A stretch of DNA of 64,000 bases from Desulfatiglandales bacterium (GCA_963666345.1 OY762721.1:4032001-4096000); one strand, 5' to 3'. Counted from the stretch's first letter, positions 32,141-42,758 are shown. The notes: generated by a model from the sequence alone, not told the origin. Program-made: numbers and translations.

Positions 32141-33595
32141 TCAACCGGCAAGGCAGGGTTTACGTGCCGCCAGCACCTCGTCCATCCTCTGAGATCTTGT
32201 CTTTTGAGGCGCATTCAGCAGGACCTCGGGGCAGGTCTTGGCCTCATCGGCTACGGCCCTGCAGGCATCTATGAAGAGGTCCAAATCCTCCTTGGATTCG
32301 GTCTCAGTGGGCTCGATCATTAGTGCCCCGTGTACGACAAGGGGAAAATAGATTGTGGGTGGATGAAAACCGTAGTCGATAAGCCTTTTGGCAATATCGA
32401 GCGTGGTTACCTTTTCTTCGGCCTGAATGGAATCGGTGAAAACACATTCATGCATGCAGGGCCTGTCATATGCAAGATGAAAGACGCCCCTGAGTTTTTC
32501 CTTCAGATAATTTGCGTTCAAAACCGCCAGCTTGCTTGCCTTTTCAAGCAGCGGGCCCATGGTGAGGATATATGAATAGGCCTTGATCATTACCCCCATG
32601 TTTCCGTAAAAGGCCTGGACCTTTCCAATAGAGTGCGGATTGTCAAGGCTCAGGGAGAATTTGTCTCCATCCTTTATTATCCTGGGTAAAGGCAGAAACG
32701 GTTCAATCTCTTTTTTTACGCAGACCGGGCCCGAGCCTGGTCCTCCTCCCCCATGAGGGGCAGACAGAGTCTTATGCAGGTTCAGGTGCATTATGTCTAC
32801 ACCTATATTACCCATCTTGACTATCCCCATAATGGCGTTCATGTTTGCCCCGTCTCCGTAGACCAGGCCCCCTCCGGCATGAACTATGGCGGAAATCTCA
32901 GAGATATTTTCCTCGAAAAGGCCGAGGGTGTTTGGGTTGGTGATCATTATGCCCGCTACCTCATCGTCCATAAGGTCTTCGACCGCCTTTGTAGAGATAA
33001 TACCCTGCTCGCTTGACTTAACCGGCAGAGGTTTGTACCCGCAAAGGGCAGCGCTTGCGGGATTGGTTCCATGAGCAGTATCGGGAACGATTATCTTCGT
33101 CCTCTGCCTTCCCCTGCTTTTGTGAAAGGCGTGGATGAGCAGCATGCCCGTCAATTCCCCGTGGGCGCCGGCGGCAGGCTGAAGTGTAACCGCATCCATG
33201 CCGGTGATTTCACAGAGGGCCTTTTCCAGCTCATGCATCAATTCGAGCGCGCCCTGGCTGAATGAGGCGGGAAGAAGGGGGTGAGCGGATGCGAACCCCT
33301 CAAGAGTCGCAAGCCTTTCATTGAGCTTGGGGTTGTATTTCATGGTACAGGAGCCCAAAGGGTACATGCCTGTGTCAACCCCGAAATTCCATGTGGATAG
33401 GCGTGTATAGTGGCGAACCACGTCGATTTCGCTTAACTGCGGTATATCCGGCATCTCTCCGACCAGTGAATCGTCCATTTCCGCCTGTTCAACATCATGC
33501 CGTGGAATTGAAAAGCCTGATCTGCCTTTCTTCCCCTTTTCCCAAAGGAGAGGTTCATCTAAAACAAGTCCGGTTGTGCCTATCTGTTCATGCAT
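32141..33595 (-). CDS. gcvPB: Glycine dehydrogenase subunit 2
   Basis: YPLGSCTMKYNP, QPAAGAHGE, HLNLHKT...PHGGGGPG. Confidence 0.96.
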   Translation of the reverse strand: MHEQIGTTGLVLDEPLLWEKGKKGRSGFSIPRHDVEQAEMDDSLVGEMPDIPQLSEIDVVRHYTRLSTWNFGVDTGMYPLGSCTMKYNPKLNERLATLEGFASAHPLLPASFSQGALELMHELEKALCEITGMDAVTLQPAAGAHGELTGMLLIHAFHKSRGRQRTKIIVPDTAHGTNPASAALCGYKPLPVKSSEQGIISTKAVEDLMDDEVAGIMITNPNTLGLFEENISEISAIVHAGGGLVYGDGANMNAIMGIVKMGNIGVDIMHLNLHKTLSAPHGGGGPGSGPVCVKKEIEPFLPLPRIIKDGDKFSLSLDNPHSIGKVQAFYGNMGVMIKAYSYILTMGPLLEKASKLAVLNANYLKEKLRGVFHLAYDRPCMHECVFTDSIQAEEKVTTLDIAKRLIDYGFHPPTIYFPLVVHGALMIEPTETESKEDLDLFIDACRAVADEAKTCPEVLLNAPQKTRSQRMDEVLAARKPCLAG

Positions 33596-34923
33596 GCCTT
33601 TACCCCCTCTACAAGAGCATCAATATCCTCTTTGGTTTTTGTTTCCGTAACGCACAACAGGCGATGGTTTTTCATCTCAGGATAAAAGGACTCCATCGGG
33701 AGACCTGCTATGATCTTTCGATCTGCAAGCCTTTGACTCATGGCGCTGAACTGCTCGGGAAATCTTACGACAAATTCATTGAAGGTGGGGCCTGAAAAGG
33801 GAATTTCAAGGCCCTCATCCTTTAACAGGGCTTTCAGATATTCCGCCTTGTCATGGTTTATCCGGGCCAGTTCGCGCAGGCCTTCCCCTCCGAGGGATGC
33901 CATGTATATGGCGGCCGCAAGGGCGCAAAGGCTGTTGTTGGTGCAGATGTTGGATGTCGCCTTTTCCCTCCTGATGTGCTGCTCTCTGGTGGCAAGGGTG
34001 AGGACGAAACCTCTTTTGCCCTGCCTGTCAAGTGTCTTGCCCACAAGGCGACCAGGCATGTTTCGAACATATTTTTTTCTGGAAGCGAATATCCCAAGGG
34101 CAGGACCTCCGAAACAAGAGGGCACTCCAAGACTCTGACCTTCTCCGCACGCTATGTCAGCTCCGGCTTTTCCTGGGCTTTTGAGCAGGCCGTATGCGAG
34201 TGCCTCGGTAAAGGATGTCACGAAAAGCGCCCCGTTTTCATGCGTTTTTTCACCCAGTCGGTCAAGGTCTTCGATTATTCCGAAAAAATTGGGGGACTGG
34301 ACCGAGATTGCAGCCAGATCATCGATGGCTTTGATTCCTGACAGGTCTGTCCTGCCTGCGGTGTCAGAAGGCAGTTCTATAACCTGATAATCTGAGGGCT
34401 CGAAATAGGTCTTCACCACCTGCCGATAGTAGGGATGAATAAGCCGGGATACGGCCACCTTTTTTTTCCGGGTGATCCTTACCGCCATAAGCAGTGCCTC
34501 GGCAAGGGCGGATGCCCCGTCATATACCGAGGCGTTTGTAACTTCCATGCCGAGCAGATTTCCTGCCAGGGTCTGATATTCATATATGGCCTGAAGGGTC
34601 CCCTGGCTGACTTCAGGCTGATAGGGAGTATAGGCTGTTACGAATTCAGATCTACCCAAGAGATAGGTCAGCGATTCCGGTATGAAATGTTCATAACTGC
34701 CTGCTCCAAGATAGATCTTATATTCAGGGGCAACTGCGTTTTTGTCTGCAAGGAGCGAAAGCTTCCGTCTGGTTTCCCATTCCGTGAACGGTCCCGGAAG
34801 GCGGAGTTCGCAATCGGTTTTGCACCTTTCAGGGACGGAGCAGAAAAGCTCATTCAGGTCCTTTGACCCTATTTGTTCGAGCATTGATCTTATGTCTTCC
34901 TCAGTATGAGGCAGGTAGCGCAT
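33580..34923 (-). CDS. gcvPA: Glycine dehydrogenase subunit 1
   Basis: MRYLPHT, TAYTPYQPEVSQG, REQHIRREKATSNICTN. Confidence 0.96.
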   Translation of the reverse strand: MRYLPHTEEDIRSMLEQIGSKDLNELFCSVPERCKTDCELRLPGPFTEWETRRKLSLLADKNAVAPEYKIYLGAGSYEHFIPESLTYLLGRSEFVTAYTPYQPEVSQGTLQAIYEYQTLAGNLLGMEVTNASVYDGASALAEALLMAVRITRKKKVAVSRLIHPYYRQVVKTYFEPSDYQVIELPSDTAGRTDLSGIKAIDDLAAISVQSPNFFGIIEDLDRLGEKTHENGALFVTSFTEALAYGLLKSPGKAGADIACGEGQSLGVPSCFGGPALGIFASRKKYVRNMPGRLVGKTLDRQGKRGFVLTLATREQHIRREKATSNICTNNSLCALAAAIYMASLGGEGLRELARINHDKAEYLKALLKDEGLEIPFSGPTFNEFVVRFPEQFSAMSQRLADRKIIAGLPMESFYPEMKNHRLLCVTETKTKEDIDALVEGVKACMNR

Positions 34924-35328
34924 TTATTCGGTCCCCCGTAATTTTTTGAGATATACTTCGGCATTCATAAGGGTATCCAGATCAGAGGCATCAGAAGGCC
35001 TTATGGAAACCATCCAGCCCTTGCCGTATGGGTCCTGATTTACGAATTCAGGATTATCTTCAAGGGTTTCATTTATCTTGCAAATCTCACCTGTTACCGG
35101 CATGTATACTTCGCTGACGGCCTTAACCGATTCCACCGTGCCGAAAACGGCTCCCTTTTCAAAGGAATCTCCCGGTTGGGGAAGTTCGACATATACTATC
35201 TCACCCAGCTGGTCCTGCGCATAATCGCTGATCCCTATCCTAAGGTTGTCTTCCTGTCTGCTCACCCATTCATGGTCTTCCGTATAAAAAAGATCGACAG
35301 GTATTTTAATCTCACTTATCTCTTTCAT
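34924..35328 (-). CDS. gcvH: Glycine cleavage H protein
   Basis: HEW, GISDYAQDQLG and the lipoyl-Lys motif VESVKAVS. Confidence 0.96.
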   Translation of the reverse strand: MKEISEIKIPVDLFYTEDHEWVSRQEDNLRIGISDYAQDQLGEIVYVELPQPGDSFEKGAVFGTVESVKAVSEVYMPVTGEICKINETLEDNPEFVNQDPYGKGWMVSIRPSDASDLDTLMNAEVYLKKLRGTE

Positions 35329-35393
35329 GAATCTCCTCCTTGAAAATTATTTTCCAAAATCGGTAAAAAAAACGCTGTAAATGCTTGGCGATC

Positions 35394-36662
35394 TTACCTG
35401 AACCCCTTTAACGGGACCCTTGCCGTCCTGTCAGGCCTTATGTCTTCGACTATCGTGACTTCAATGGATCTCCGGGGGTCCTTCAGTATGATTCTGTCGC
35501 CGTAGTTAAGCCTTTTTCCTACCTTTACAAAACCGCAGCTCAATCCCCTTGCCTTGAACCCGTCGGGCCTGCCGGGGCTGGCAATGCCGAATACTTTTCC
35601 CTCATGGCGGCCGATGGACATATCGGTTACGCATGTCAGCACTTTGCCTATCTCGGTTCCGTCAAGCTCTGATACAACCGCATTGTGAGTGTCGATTTTT
35701 TTTAAATTGTCCCCCAGAAAGGCCATGGTATGTTCCGCTTCAGTTTCCACCCTGAGTGCCGAAGCGCCTATGAAGTCCTTAGTAAAAGCGTCTCTTTTTT
35801 CATTATAGGGAAGGGCGAAGACCCAGGGATGGTTAAGGTATAACCAACCCCCTATGTCCTGATGCGACAGCGGCAGAAGGGCACCCGCCCTGAGTGAGTC
35901 TCTTGATGCAAGGCCGCATGGGCACAGGCCGAAGCCATTTCCCGCCTCAATTATCTGTTTCCATAAATCCGTGAGATATCGGGCCCGGACAAAGATCTCA
36001 AATCCGAATTCCCCGGTGTATCCTGAACGGGAAAGCAGAAAAGGAATCCCGTCCTTTGATATTATCTCGTTTGATGAGGAAGAGACCTTGTCAAAATGTC
36101 CTTTGAAAGAAAAATAGGGCATCCGGGAAAATATTTTCCCGGGGTCCTTGACTATCCTTGAAATGATTTTGAGAGACTCGGGGCCCTGGATATCAACCTT
36201 TCCCAGTTTGCCCGTAAGATCAACTATTTCAGGGTTAAGGTTCCCCCTGTTAGCGGTCAGGTGGCTGAATATTTCTCCTGCCATTCCGGAGTTGACCACT
36301 GTCAGGTATTCATTCGCGCTTACCTGGTATACGATGGCATCGTCAATACATTCCCCCCGGCTGTTTAAAAATGCCCCGTATACGATTCTGCCGTTTTCAA
36401 GGGGATCTGAGTTCCCTCTAAGACAGAAGGAGAGGTCTCTTGTAAAACATCTCTGGAGCAGGTCGCGGGAGTCAGGTCCGGTCAGGCTTATTACCGCCAT
36501 ATGGCTTGTATCGAACAGGCCCGCATTTCTGATAACTGCCATGTGTTCATCTTTTACACCGCTGTACCAGAGGGGCATTTCATATCGGCCGAATTCAACC
36601 AGCCTTGCCCCTGCTGATTTATGCCATTCATACAAAGGCGTTTTTTGCAATTGTTCAGACAT
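35394..36662 (-). CDS. gcvT: Glycine cleavage T protein (aminomethyltransferase)
   Basis: KTPLY, GLFDTSHM, QGP, SRSGYTGEFGFE, GLASRDSLR. Confidence 0.92.
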   Translation of the reverse strand: MSEQLQKTPLYEWHKSAGARLVEFGRYEMPLWYSGVKDEHMAVIRNAGLFDTSHMAVISLTGPDSRDLLQRCFTRDLSFCLRGNSDPLENGRIVYGAFLNSRGECIDDAIVYQVSANEYLTVVNSGMAGEIFSHLTANRGNLNPEIVDLTGKLGKVDIQGPESLKIISRIVKDPGKIFSRMPYFSFKGHFDKVSSSSNEIISKDGIPFLLSRSGYTGEFGFEIFVRARYLTDLWKQIIEAGNGFGLCPCGLASRDSLRAGALLPLSHQDIGGWLYLNHPWVFALPYNEKRDAFTKDFIGASALRVETEAEHTMAFLGDNLKKIDTHNAVVSELDGTEIGKVLTCVTDMSIGRHEGKVFGIASPGRPDGFKARGLSCGFVKVGKRLNYGDRIILKDPRRSIEVTIVEDIRPDRTARVPLKGFR

Positions 36663-36766
36663 TTAGATCTCCGGTAAAATAATTGATCAAAAAGGTTATG
36701 AGAGTCTTTATTCCAATAAGGGGTTTTTATCGTTAAAATAATAAGTTGCTTATAAAACGTGCCTGT

Positions 36767-37210
36767 TTAAAAGATATAGGGAATCTTAAGATTGTAGTTT
36801 TTGTAAACGACAAAGCTTTCAACGGATTGAATTCCTTTAACCTTGGATACCTCATCCGTATAAAATTCCAGTAGCCCGAAGTTTTCTTTAAGCATTATAA
36901 TGGCAATCAGGTCGTAACGGCCGGTAACCACGCTGACCGATGCCACCCCTTTAAGCCTGCTGAATTCTTTGCCTTTTTTTACCAGATCCATGGATTGGAG
37001 CTTGATGCCGATTATGACCATGCTGTGGCCGGGTAGTTTTTCAGGGTCTGAGAGCCCGCAGATTTCCAGCACCTCATTTTCCGTAAGTTTGGTCACCCTT
37101 GAGCGAACGGTGTTTTCGGACAGATTGAGGCTGTCGGCTATCTCCTTGAAAGATTTGCGGCCGTCGCGAAGGTGCTTGATGATTTCCATGTTCGTCTTGT
37201 CTATTTTCAT
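36767..37210 (-). CDS. Lrp/AsnC family regulator
   Basis: N-terminal HTH (LRDGRKSFKEIA...TVRSRV) and VTGRYD RAM domain. Confidence 0.92.
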   Translation of the reverse strand: MKIDKTNMEIIKHLRDGRKSFKEIADSLNLSENTVRSRVTKLTENEVLEICGLSDPEKLPGHSMVIIGIKLQSMDLVKKGKEFSRLKGVASVSVVTGRYDLIAIIMLKENFGLLEFYTDEVSKVKGIQSVESFVVYKNYNLKIPYIF

Positions 37211-37306
37211 CGGTCCACCGTTTTTGTGTGCTATGGAAATTGGAATCTGGACAAACTTGAATTCAAATTATGGTGAACTGAAGAATATGTCAAGTAATTA
37301 ATCTAA

Positions 37307-37326
37307 TATTTAGCATATGCTAAATA
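37307..37326. promoter_or_regulatory. Perfect 20-bp palindrome in the divergent lrp/lpd promoter region
   Basis: TATTTAGCATATGCTAAATA. Confidence 0.5.
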
Positions 37327-37500
37327 ATATGATAAATAACTGTTGAATATGTAAATCGATCATGCTATCTAAAGTGAAAGAAACGCCAGGATATGGCATC
37401 AATCGGATGAAGAGGCTTTTTGGGCCGGAATACAGGCCGTAGCTCTAATTTTACTGACAAGGGCCTGAAGAGTAAGGTCCTGGGAAAGGGGATGATTTCC

Positions 37501-38925
37501 ATGGGGAAAAGGATCGCTGTTATAGGCGCCGGTCCCGGGGGGTATGTGGCGGCAATTAATGCGGCTCGACTCGGAGGTGATATAACCTTAATCGAAAGAG
37601 AAAATGCGGGAGGAACCTGTTTGAACTGGGGATGTATCCCTTCCAAGATATTGAAGACGACTTCAGATCTTGTTGATCGGCTTCACAGGGCGTCGGAATT
37701 TGGAATAGAGACATCCGGGGATTTCAGCGTTGACATGGATTCCCTTATGGCAAGGAAAGACAATGTAATAAAAAGTCAAGTCAGGTCCCTTGAAAATCTT
37801 TTCAAGACAAAAAATATCCGCTATCTGAAGGGGAAAAGCAGGATCAAGGCAGAGGGGCTGCTGGAGGTCGAATATGATGACGGTACCCTCAAAGAACTCG
37901 GCTGGGACTCATTGATTCTGGCACCAGGTTCGGCTCCTCTGCCGATGCCTGAAATCCCTTTTGACGGAACCCGTATCCTGTCAAGCGATCATGCGCTTGA
38001 ACTGAGGAGTGTGCCTTCCTCTCTGCTCGTGGTAGGCGGAGGCGTTATAGGGTGCGAATTCGCCAGTATCTATTCATCGCTCGGCGCAAGGGTGACAATA
38101 GTTGAAGCAATGGACAGGATTCTGCCTTTGCCCTCGGTTGATGAGGCATGCTCAAAGGTTATCCAGAGGGAGATGAAGAAGAAAAAAATATCATACTATC
38201 TTGAACATATTGTTCAAGTTGCAGGACCATCGGCCGAAACCGTGGAAGTCGAGGTTCTCCCTTTTAAAAGGCAAAAGGCAAAAGGCCGGGAACCTGTTAG
38301 TCTCAGGTTTGAAAAAATCCTTGTATGTATCGGCAGGGGACCTGCGACAGATGGGCTCGGACTGGAAAGACTCGGCATTGAGGTCGATGAAAAGGGATGG
38401 GTCAAATCAGATGCCTTTATGGAGACAAGCTTTCCGGGTGTTTTCGCCATCGGCGACGTATTGGGGCCGGAGAAGATTATGCTGGCCCACTGCGCGTCCG
38501 CCGAGGCACTGGTGGCCTCTGAAAACGCTATGGGGGGCAGAAAGAAAATGGACTACTCCGGAATCCCCGGCGCCATATTCACGACACCCGAGATCGCAAA
38601 CGTGGGGCTCACGGATCGGCAGGCATCAGAGAAAGGTTATGACGCCTCTTCTGAAACCGTGCTGTTCAGAGTGCTTGGAAAGGCTCAGGCAATGGGAGAT
38701 ATCGCAGGGCAGGCCAAAGTGATCTGGGACAGGGGGACAGGAAAGATACTTGGCGTTCATCTGATCGGCCCCCATGCGACGGATCTTATCGGAGAGGCGT
38801 GTCTTGCCGTCAAAAGCGGCTGCACCATGGAGGATCTTGCCGCTACCGTGCACGCCCATCCGACTCTGTGTGAAATCATGACCGAGGTTGCACAAAAGGC
38901 CCTTGGAAGGGCCGTACATGGATAA
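37501..38925 (+). CDS. lpdA: Dihydrolipoyl dehydrogenase (glycine cleavage L protein)
   Basis: GAGPGG, GGTCLNWGCIPSK, GGGVIG, HAHPTLCE. Confidence 0.95.
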   Translation: MGKRIAVIGAGPGGYVAAINAARLGGDITLIERENAGGTCLNWGCIPSKILKTTSDLVDRLHRASEFGIETSGDFSVDMDSLMARKDNVIKSQVRSLENLFKTKNIRYLKGKSRIKAEGLLEVEYDDGTLKELGWDSLILAPGSAPLPMPEIPFDGTRILSSDHALELRSVPSSLLVVGGGVIGCEFASIYSSLGARVTIVEAMDRILPLPSVDEACSKVIQREMKKKKISYYLEHIVQVAGPSAETVEVEVLPFKRQKAKGREPVSLRFEKILVCIGRGPATDGLGLERLGIEVDEKGWVKSDAFMETSFPGVFAIGDVLGPEKIMLAHCASAEALVASENAMGGRKKMDYSGIPGAIFTTPEIANVGLTDRQASEKGYDASSETVLFRVLGKAQAMGDIAGQAKVIWDRGTGKILGVHLIGPHATDLIGEACLAVKSGCTMEDLAATVHAHPTLCEIMTEVAQKALGRAVHG

Positions 38926-38933
38926 AATTGGTA

Positions 38934-39887
38934 TCAGAAATCCTGCTCGACCTTTAGCTCATCAAACAGGCCGTCCGTCGATAGATACCTTTCGCCTGTA
39001 TCATAAAAGATGCAGACTATGGTCCTGCCCTTGAATTCATCTCTCCCGGCCAGCTGCCCTGCGACCCATGCGGCTGCGCCGGATGAAGGGCCGAGCAAAA
39101 GGCCTTCTTTTGCGGCTATCTTCCGTGTCCACTCAAAGGCGATATCGTCTTCCACCGTAAGAAGTTCGTCGATCAGATGACTTGATCTCTTGAAATTATC
39201 GGTCACAAACCCCGGGCCTATGCCGATTATCTTATGTTTGCCTTGAGGCCCGCCTGAATAAACAGGGCTTGAAGCCGGTTCAAAACCTATGATGTTTATC
39301 TTACTGTTTTTCCCCTTAAAATACCTTGCAAGCCCGTCAAAGGTGCCTGATGTGCCAAGGCCGATTACAACCGCGTCAATGTTTCCGCCGGTCTGATCCC
39401 ATATCTCCGGGCCTGTGGTTTCCTCATGGGCCATGCCGTTTGCCGGATTGGCATGCTGGTTCAGGAAATAGGTCGTTTCCCGGTTTTTATCGCAATAGGC
39501 CATGGCCCTTTTTCTTGCACCTTTTGTGTGTTCAATGCCGGGAGTTACTACTACCTTTGCCCCGTATGCGCAGAGAATCTTCTGCCTTTCAACGCTGCAC
39601 AGTTCGCTCATGAAAAGCCGGACCCTGAACCCCATGACCGCACCAAGGCTTGCAATGGCAATGCCGGTATTTCCGCTTGTTGCCTCCACCACCTCTGTGT
39701 GGGTGCTTATTTTTCCATCTTCAAGCGCCCTGTTGATCATGCTGAGTACGGCACGATCCTTTATGGACATGGGGTTTAGGTTTTCCATTTTTGCAAGAAT
39801 CCTGGATTCCGGTTTTTCATATAGTCGGCCAAGTTCAAGAAGCGGGGTCTTTCCCACAAGATCGGTCAGGTCTTTTGCAATAGTCAT
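38934..39887 (-). CDS. Cysteine synthase family PLP enzyme
   Basis: NPMSIKDR (PLP lysine), EATSGNTG, GLGTSGT, GPSSG, DTGERYLS. Confidence 0.88.
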   Translation of the reverse strand: MTIAKDLTDLVGKTPLLELGRLYEKPESRILAKMENLNPMSIKDRAVLSMINRALEDGKISTHTEVVEATSGNTGIAIASLGAVMGFRVRLFMSELCSVERQKILCAYGAKVVVTPGIEHTKGARKRAMAYCDKNRETTYFLNQHANPANGMAHEETTGPEIWDQTGGNIDAVVIGLGTSGTFDGLARYFKGKNSKINIIGFEPASSPVYSGGPQGKHKIIGIGPGFVTDNFKRSSHLIDELLTVEDDIAFEWTRKIAAKEGLLLGPSSGAAAWVAGQLAGRDEFKGRTIVCIFYDTGERYLSTDGLFDELKVEQDF

Positions 39888-39892
39888 GGAGG

Positions 39893-41128
39893 TTATCCTT
39901 CCTGTTTTAATCCTTCTGAAATCATGTTAAGCACATAGTCGACATCTGCCTCTGTGTGGGCCGCGTTGAGCTGAAATCTCAAGGTCTCATCACCCTTCGG
40001 CACAACGGGAAAAGTGAGGCCGACAACGAGAATTCCCCTGCCAAAGAGAAACCTGACCATGCTGTGCGCCTTATCCGTATCCCTGACAAGCACCGGGACA
40101 ACCGGATGAGGCCCCGGGATGGATTCAAGGCCCAGCCCTTCGATTCCACTGCGAAATTGTGCGATCCGTTCCCTGAGATGTCGCAAAAGCCCTGCTCCTT
40201 CGGCACTGTCGCATATGTCTATAGCCTTTACGGCAGCGGCGCAATCAGCGACACCAAGGGGGTTGGTATAGATATATGTGTCCGCCTTCTGTCTGACCGC
40301 TTCCGTCACGCTCTCGCTTGCCGCTATAAAACCGCCGTTTACCCCGAAAGCCTTTCCGAAGGTTCCTATTATCACGTCGGGGCTGGCACCGGAATATTCA
40401 GCCGTGCCCCTTCCGGTTTTTCCGTATGCGCCTATGCCGTGTGAGTCGTCGACTACCGTTATTACGCCGTCTTTGAATTTATCGTCAAAGCGACCGGCTA
40501 TCTCCCGTATCTGATCTATCGGCGCATAGTCCCCGCGCATGCTGAATATGCCGTCAAAGATGACTATCACCCTTTCTGTCTCCTTTGGTATCTGAGACAG
40601 GCATTGCTCAAGGGACTGCATGTTGTTGTGCTCATAGATCTTTTTGTTTGCGCTAGGGATGTTTGCGATCCTCATCGCCCTTATAATACTGTTGTGATTG
40701 AGCTGGTCGCCTACCCAGAAGGTTTTTTTGTTGGAAATAGCCAGGGCCAGTCCGCAGTTTGAGGTGTAAGCGGAATTAAAGATCTTTGCGAAGGGTTTTT
40801 TGACAAACCGGGCTATCCTTTTTTCCAGGGCGATATGGGTTTCGAACGTCCCGTCGATGAACCTGACCGCTCCGGGACCCACCCCGAATTTCTTTGTCGC
40901 GAGATCGGCGGCTTGCTCAAGGTCCTCATGGTTTGAAAGAGAAAGGTAGCTGTTCGAATTCATTCTTATAAAATGACCGTCAACCCCCTCTAGTCTGTAC
41001 CTGGGGCCTTTTTCACCGCTTGGAGGGATGTAGTCCGTAATGATCCTTTCAGGGGGCTTGGCACGGCCTTCCTGTTTAAGGGCTTCAACTTCTCTATTTA
41101 ATGCTGTATCCAGCTTTTCAAGACTCAT
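39893..41128 (-). CDS. kbl: 2-amino-3-ketobutyrate CoA ligase (glycine C-acetyltransferase)
   Basis: SNSYL, AVRFIDGT, NHNSII, FSMRGD, DDSHG, GTFGKAFG; adjacent to tdh. Confidence 0.88.
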   Translation of the reverse strand: MSLEKLDTALNREVEALKQEGRAKPPERIITDYIPPSGEKGPRYRLEGVDGHFIRMNSNSYLSLSNHEDLEQAADLATKKFGVGPGAVRFIDGTFETHIALEKRIARFVKKPFAKIFNSAYTSNCGLALAISNKKTFWVGDQLNHNSIIRAMRIANIPSANKKIYEHNNMQSLEQCLSQIPKETERVIVIFDGIFSMRGDYAPIDQIREIAGRFDDKFKDGVITVVDDSHGIGAYGKTGRGTAEYSGASPDVIIGTFGKAFGVNGGFIAASESVTEAVRQKADTYIYTNPLGVADCAAAVKAIDICDSAEGAGLLRHLRERIAQFRSGIEGLGLESIPGPHPVVPVLVRDTDKAHSMVRFLFGRGILVVGLTFPVVPKGDETLRFQLNAAHTEADVDYVLNMISEGLKQEG

Positions 41129-41152
41129 GTGAATCTTCTCCTTTCTCAATCT

Positions 41153-42187
41153 CTAAGCCCAGTTGAGTATGACTTTGCCTGAATTACCCGATCTCATGAC
41201 TTCAAACCCGTCTCTGAATTCAGTGTATGGGAAATGATGCGTAATAACAGGTGATATATCCAGCCCGGTCTGGATCATGGAGGTCATCTTGTACCAGGTT
41301 TCATACATCTCCCTGCCGTAGATACCCTTTATGGTGATTCCGTTGAAAACTACCAGGTCCCAGTTGATGGGGGTGTTATCGGGCATAAGCCCCAGCATGG
41401 CGATCTTTCCCCCGTGACACATGTTTTCAAGCATGGAGGTGAGGGCCGCGGGGTTACCCGACATCTCGAGGCCTACATCGAACCCCTCTTTCATGCAGAG
41501 CCGTTTCTGTGCATCTTCTATCTTGTCCTGAATCACGTTTATGGCGAGGGTCGCTCCCATTTTTTTTGCCAGATCAAGACGGTAATCATTTATGTCGGTA
41601 ACCACCACATATCTGGCTCCTGCATGCCTTGCAATGGCTGTAGCCATACATCCGATGGGGCCTGCACCGGTAATCAGTACGTCTTCTCCCAGAAGATCGA
41701 ATGAAAGGGCCGTGTGAGTGGCATTTCCCAGTGGGTCGAAACATGAGATGATATCAGTGGGTATCTTAGGGTCGCAGTACCACACATTGGTAACCGGAAT
41801 CGAGAGATATTCGGCAAAGGCACCGGGCCTGTTGACTCCCACACCGCTTGTGTTCATGCACAGGTGCCTGCGGCCTGCAAGGCAGTTTCTGCAGCGGCCG
41901 CAGACAACATGTCCCTCGCCCGATACAAGATCGCCGGGTTTGAAATCGTGAACATTTGCTCCGATCTCAGCGATGTGTCCCACGAATTCGTGCCCTGTCT
42001 GCATTGGAACCGGGATTGTCCTTTTTGCCCAGTCATCCCAGTTGTATATATGGACATCGGTTCCGCATATAGCGGTCTTTTCTATTTTTATTAGTACATC
42101 GTTTATGCCGACATCCGGAACCGGTACCTCTTCAAGCCAGAGGCCGGGCTCAGGTTTTGCTTTTACAAGCGCTTTCATCTTGTTCAT
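41153..42187 (-). CDS. tdh: L-threonine 3-dehydrogenase
   Basis: [19 protein letters not shown]...[21 protein letters not shown]. Confidence 0.96.
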   Translation of the reverse strand: MNKMKALVKAKPEPGLWLEEVPVPDVGINDVLIKIEKTAICGTDVHIYNWDDWAKRTIPVPMQTGHEFVGHIAEIGANVHDFKPGDLVSGEGHVVCGRCRNCLAGRRHLCMNTSGVGVNRPGAFAEYLSIPVTNVWYCDPKIPTDIISCFDPLGNATHTALSFDLLGEDVLITGAGPIGCMATAIARHAGARYVVVTDINDYRLDLAKKMGATLAINVIQDKIEDAQKRLCMKEGFDVGLEMSGNPAALTSMLENMCHGGKIAMLGLMPDNTPINWDLVVFNGITIKGIYGREMYETWYKMTSMIQTGLDISPVITHHFPYTEFRDGFEVMRSGNSGKVILNWA

Positions 42188-42263
42188 ATTTTTTCTTAAT
42201 CCTTTTAAAATTTATTTGAACCTAGCCTCTTCCTTTTGGTGGGGTCAGACTCAAGCTGTTTTT

Positions 42264-42758
42264 TTACTCTTCCAGAACCAGCCTGACCGGAAGAGGGGTC
42301 TCAGGCAGCTTCATCCATTTGTCCATGGCGTCCAGAATAATGAATGTTTCGGTCCGGTTGATGCCCTCTATCCGTGAAAGGTCTTCGATCAGGAACTTGT
42401 TCAGATCGTTTCTTGATTCCAGAAATACCTCCACAAGGAGATCGTACTTGCCGCTTACATTGCAGACGGAAACCACTCCATCAAGATTTGAAATGGATTT
42501 CATGGTCCTGGCATGTGTTCGTTTCTCAAGCTCCATGCCCACGACTGCTGCAATACCGTTTTTAAAGCAAAAGGGATTGATGGATGCGGTTATCTTGAGC
42601 AACCCCCTGTTCATAAGCTTGTTCATGCGGAACCGCACCGTGCCGTCTGAGACCTTAAGCTCATCGGCAATATCTTTGCTTGACGCCTTGCCGTCTTCCT
42701 GAAGTTTGAAAATGATTTTTCTATCGATATCATCCAGTTCGTCGATCTTGTTTTTCAT
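42264..42758 (-). CDS. Lrp/AsnC family regulator
   Basis: LDDIDRKII..LQEDG HTH and VSGKYD. Confidence 0.92.
   Translation of the reverse strand: MKNKIDELDDIDRKIIFKLQEDGKASSKDIADELKVSDGTVRFRMNKLMNRGLLKITASINPFCFKNGIAAVVGMELEKRTHARTMKSISNLDGVVSVCNVSGKYDLLVEVFLESRNDLNKFLIEDLSRIEGINRTETFIILDAMDKWMKLPETPLPVRLVLEE

Noticed and set aside
33580..33595. Possible frameshift splitting gcvP
   Set aside because: The two-subunit GcvPA/GcvPB arrangement is a normal form, and each ORF has its own typical termini.
36663..36766. Glycine riboswitch before gcvT
   Set aside because: The spacer is short and AT-rich, without the GGAGA...GAAG...CUCAGG elements.
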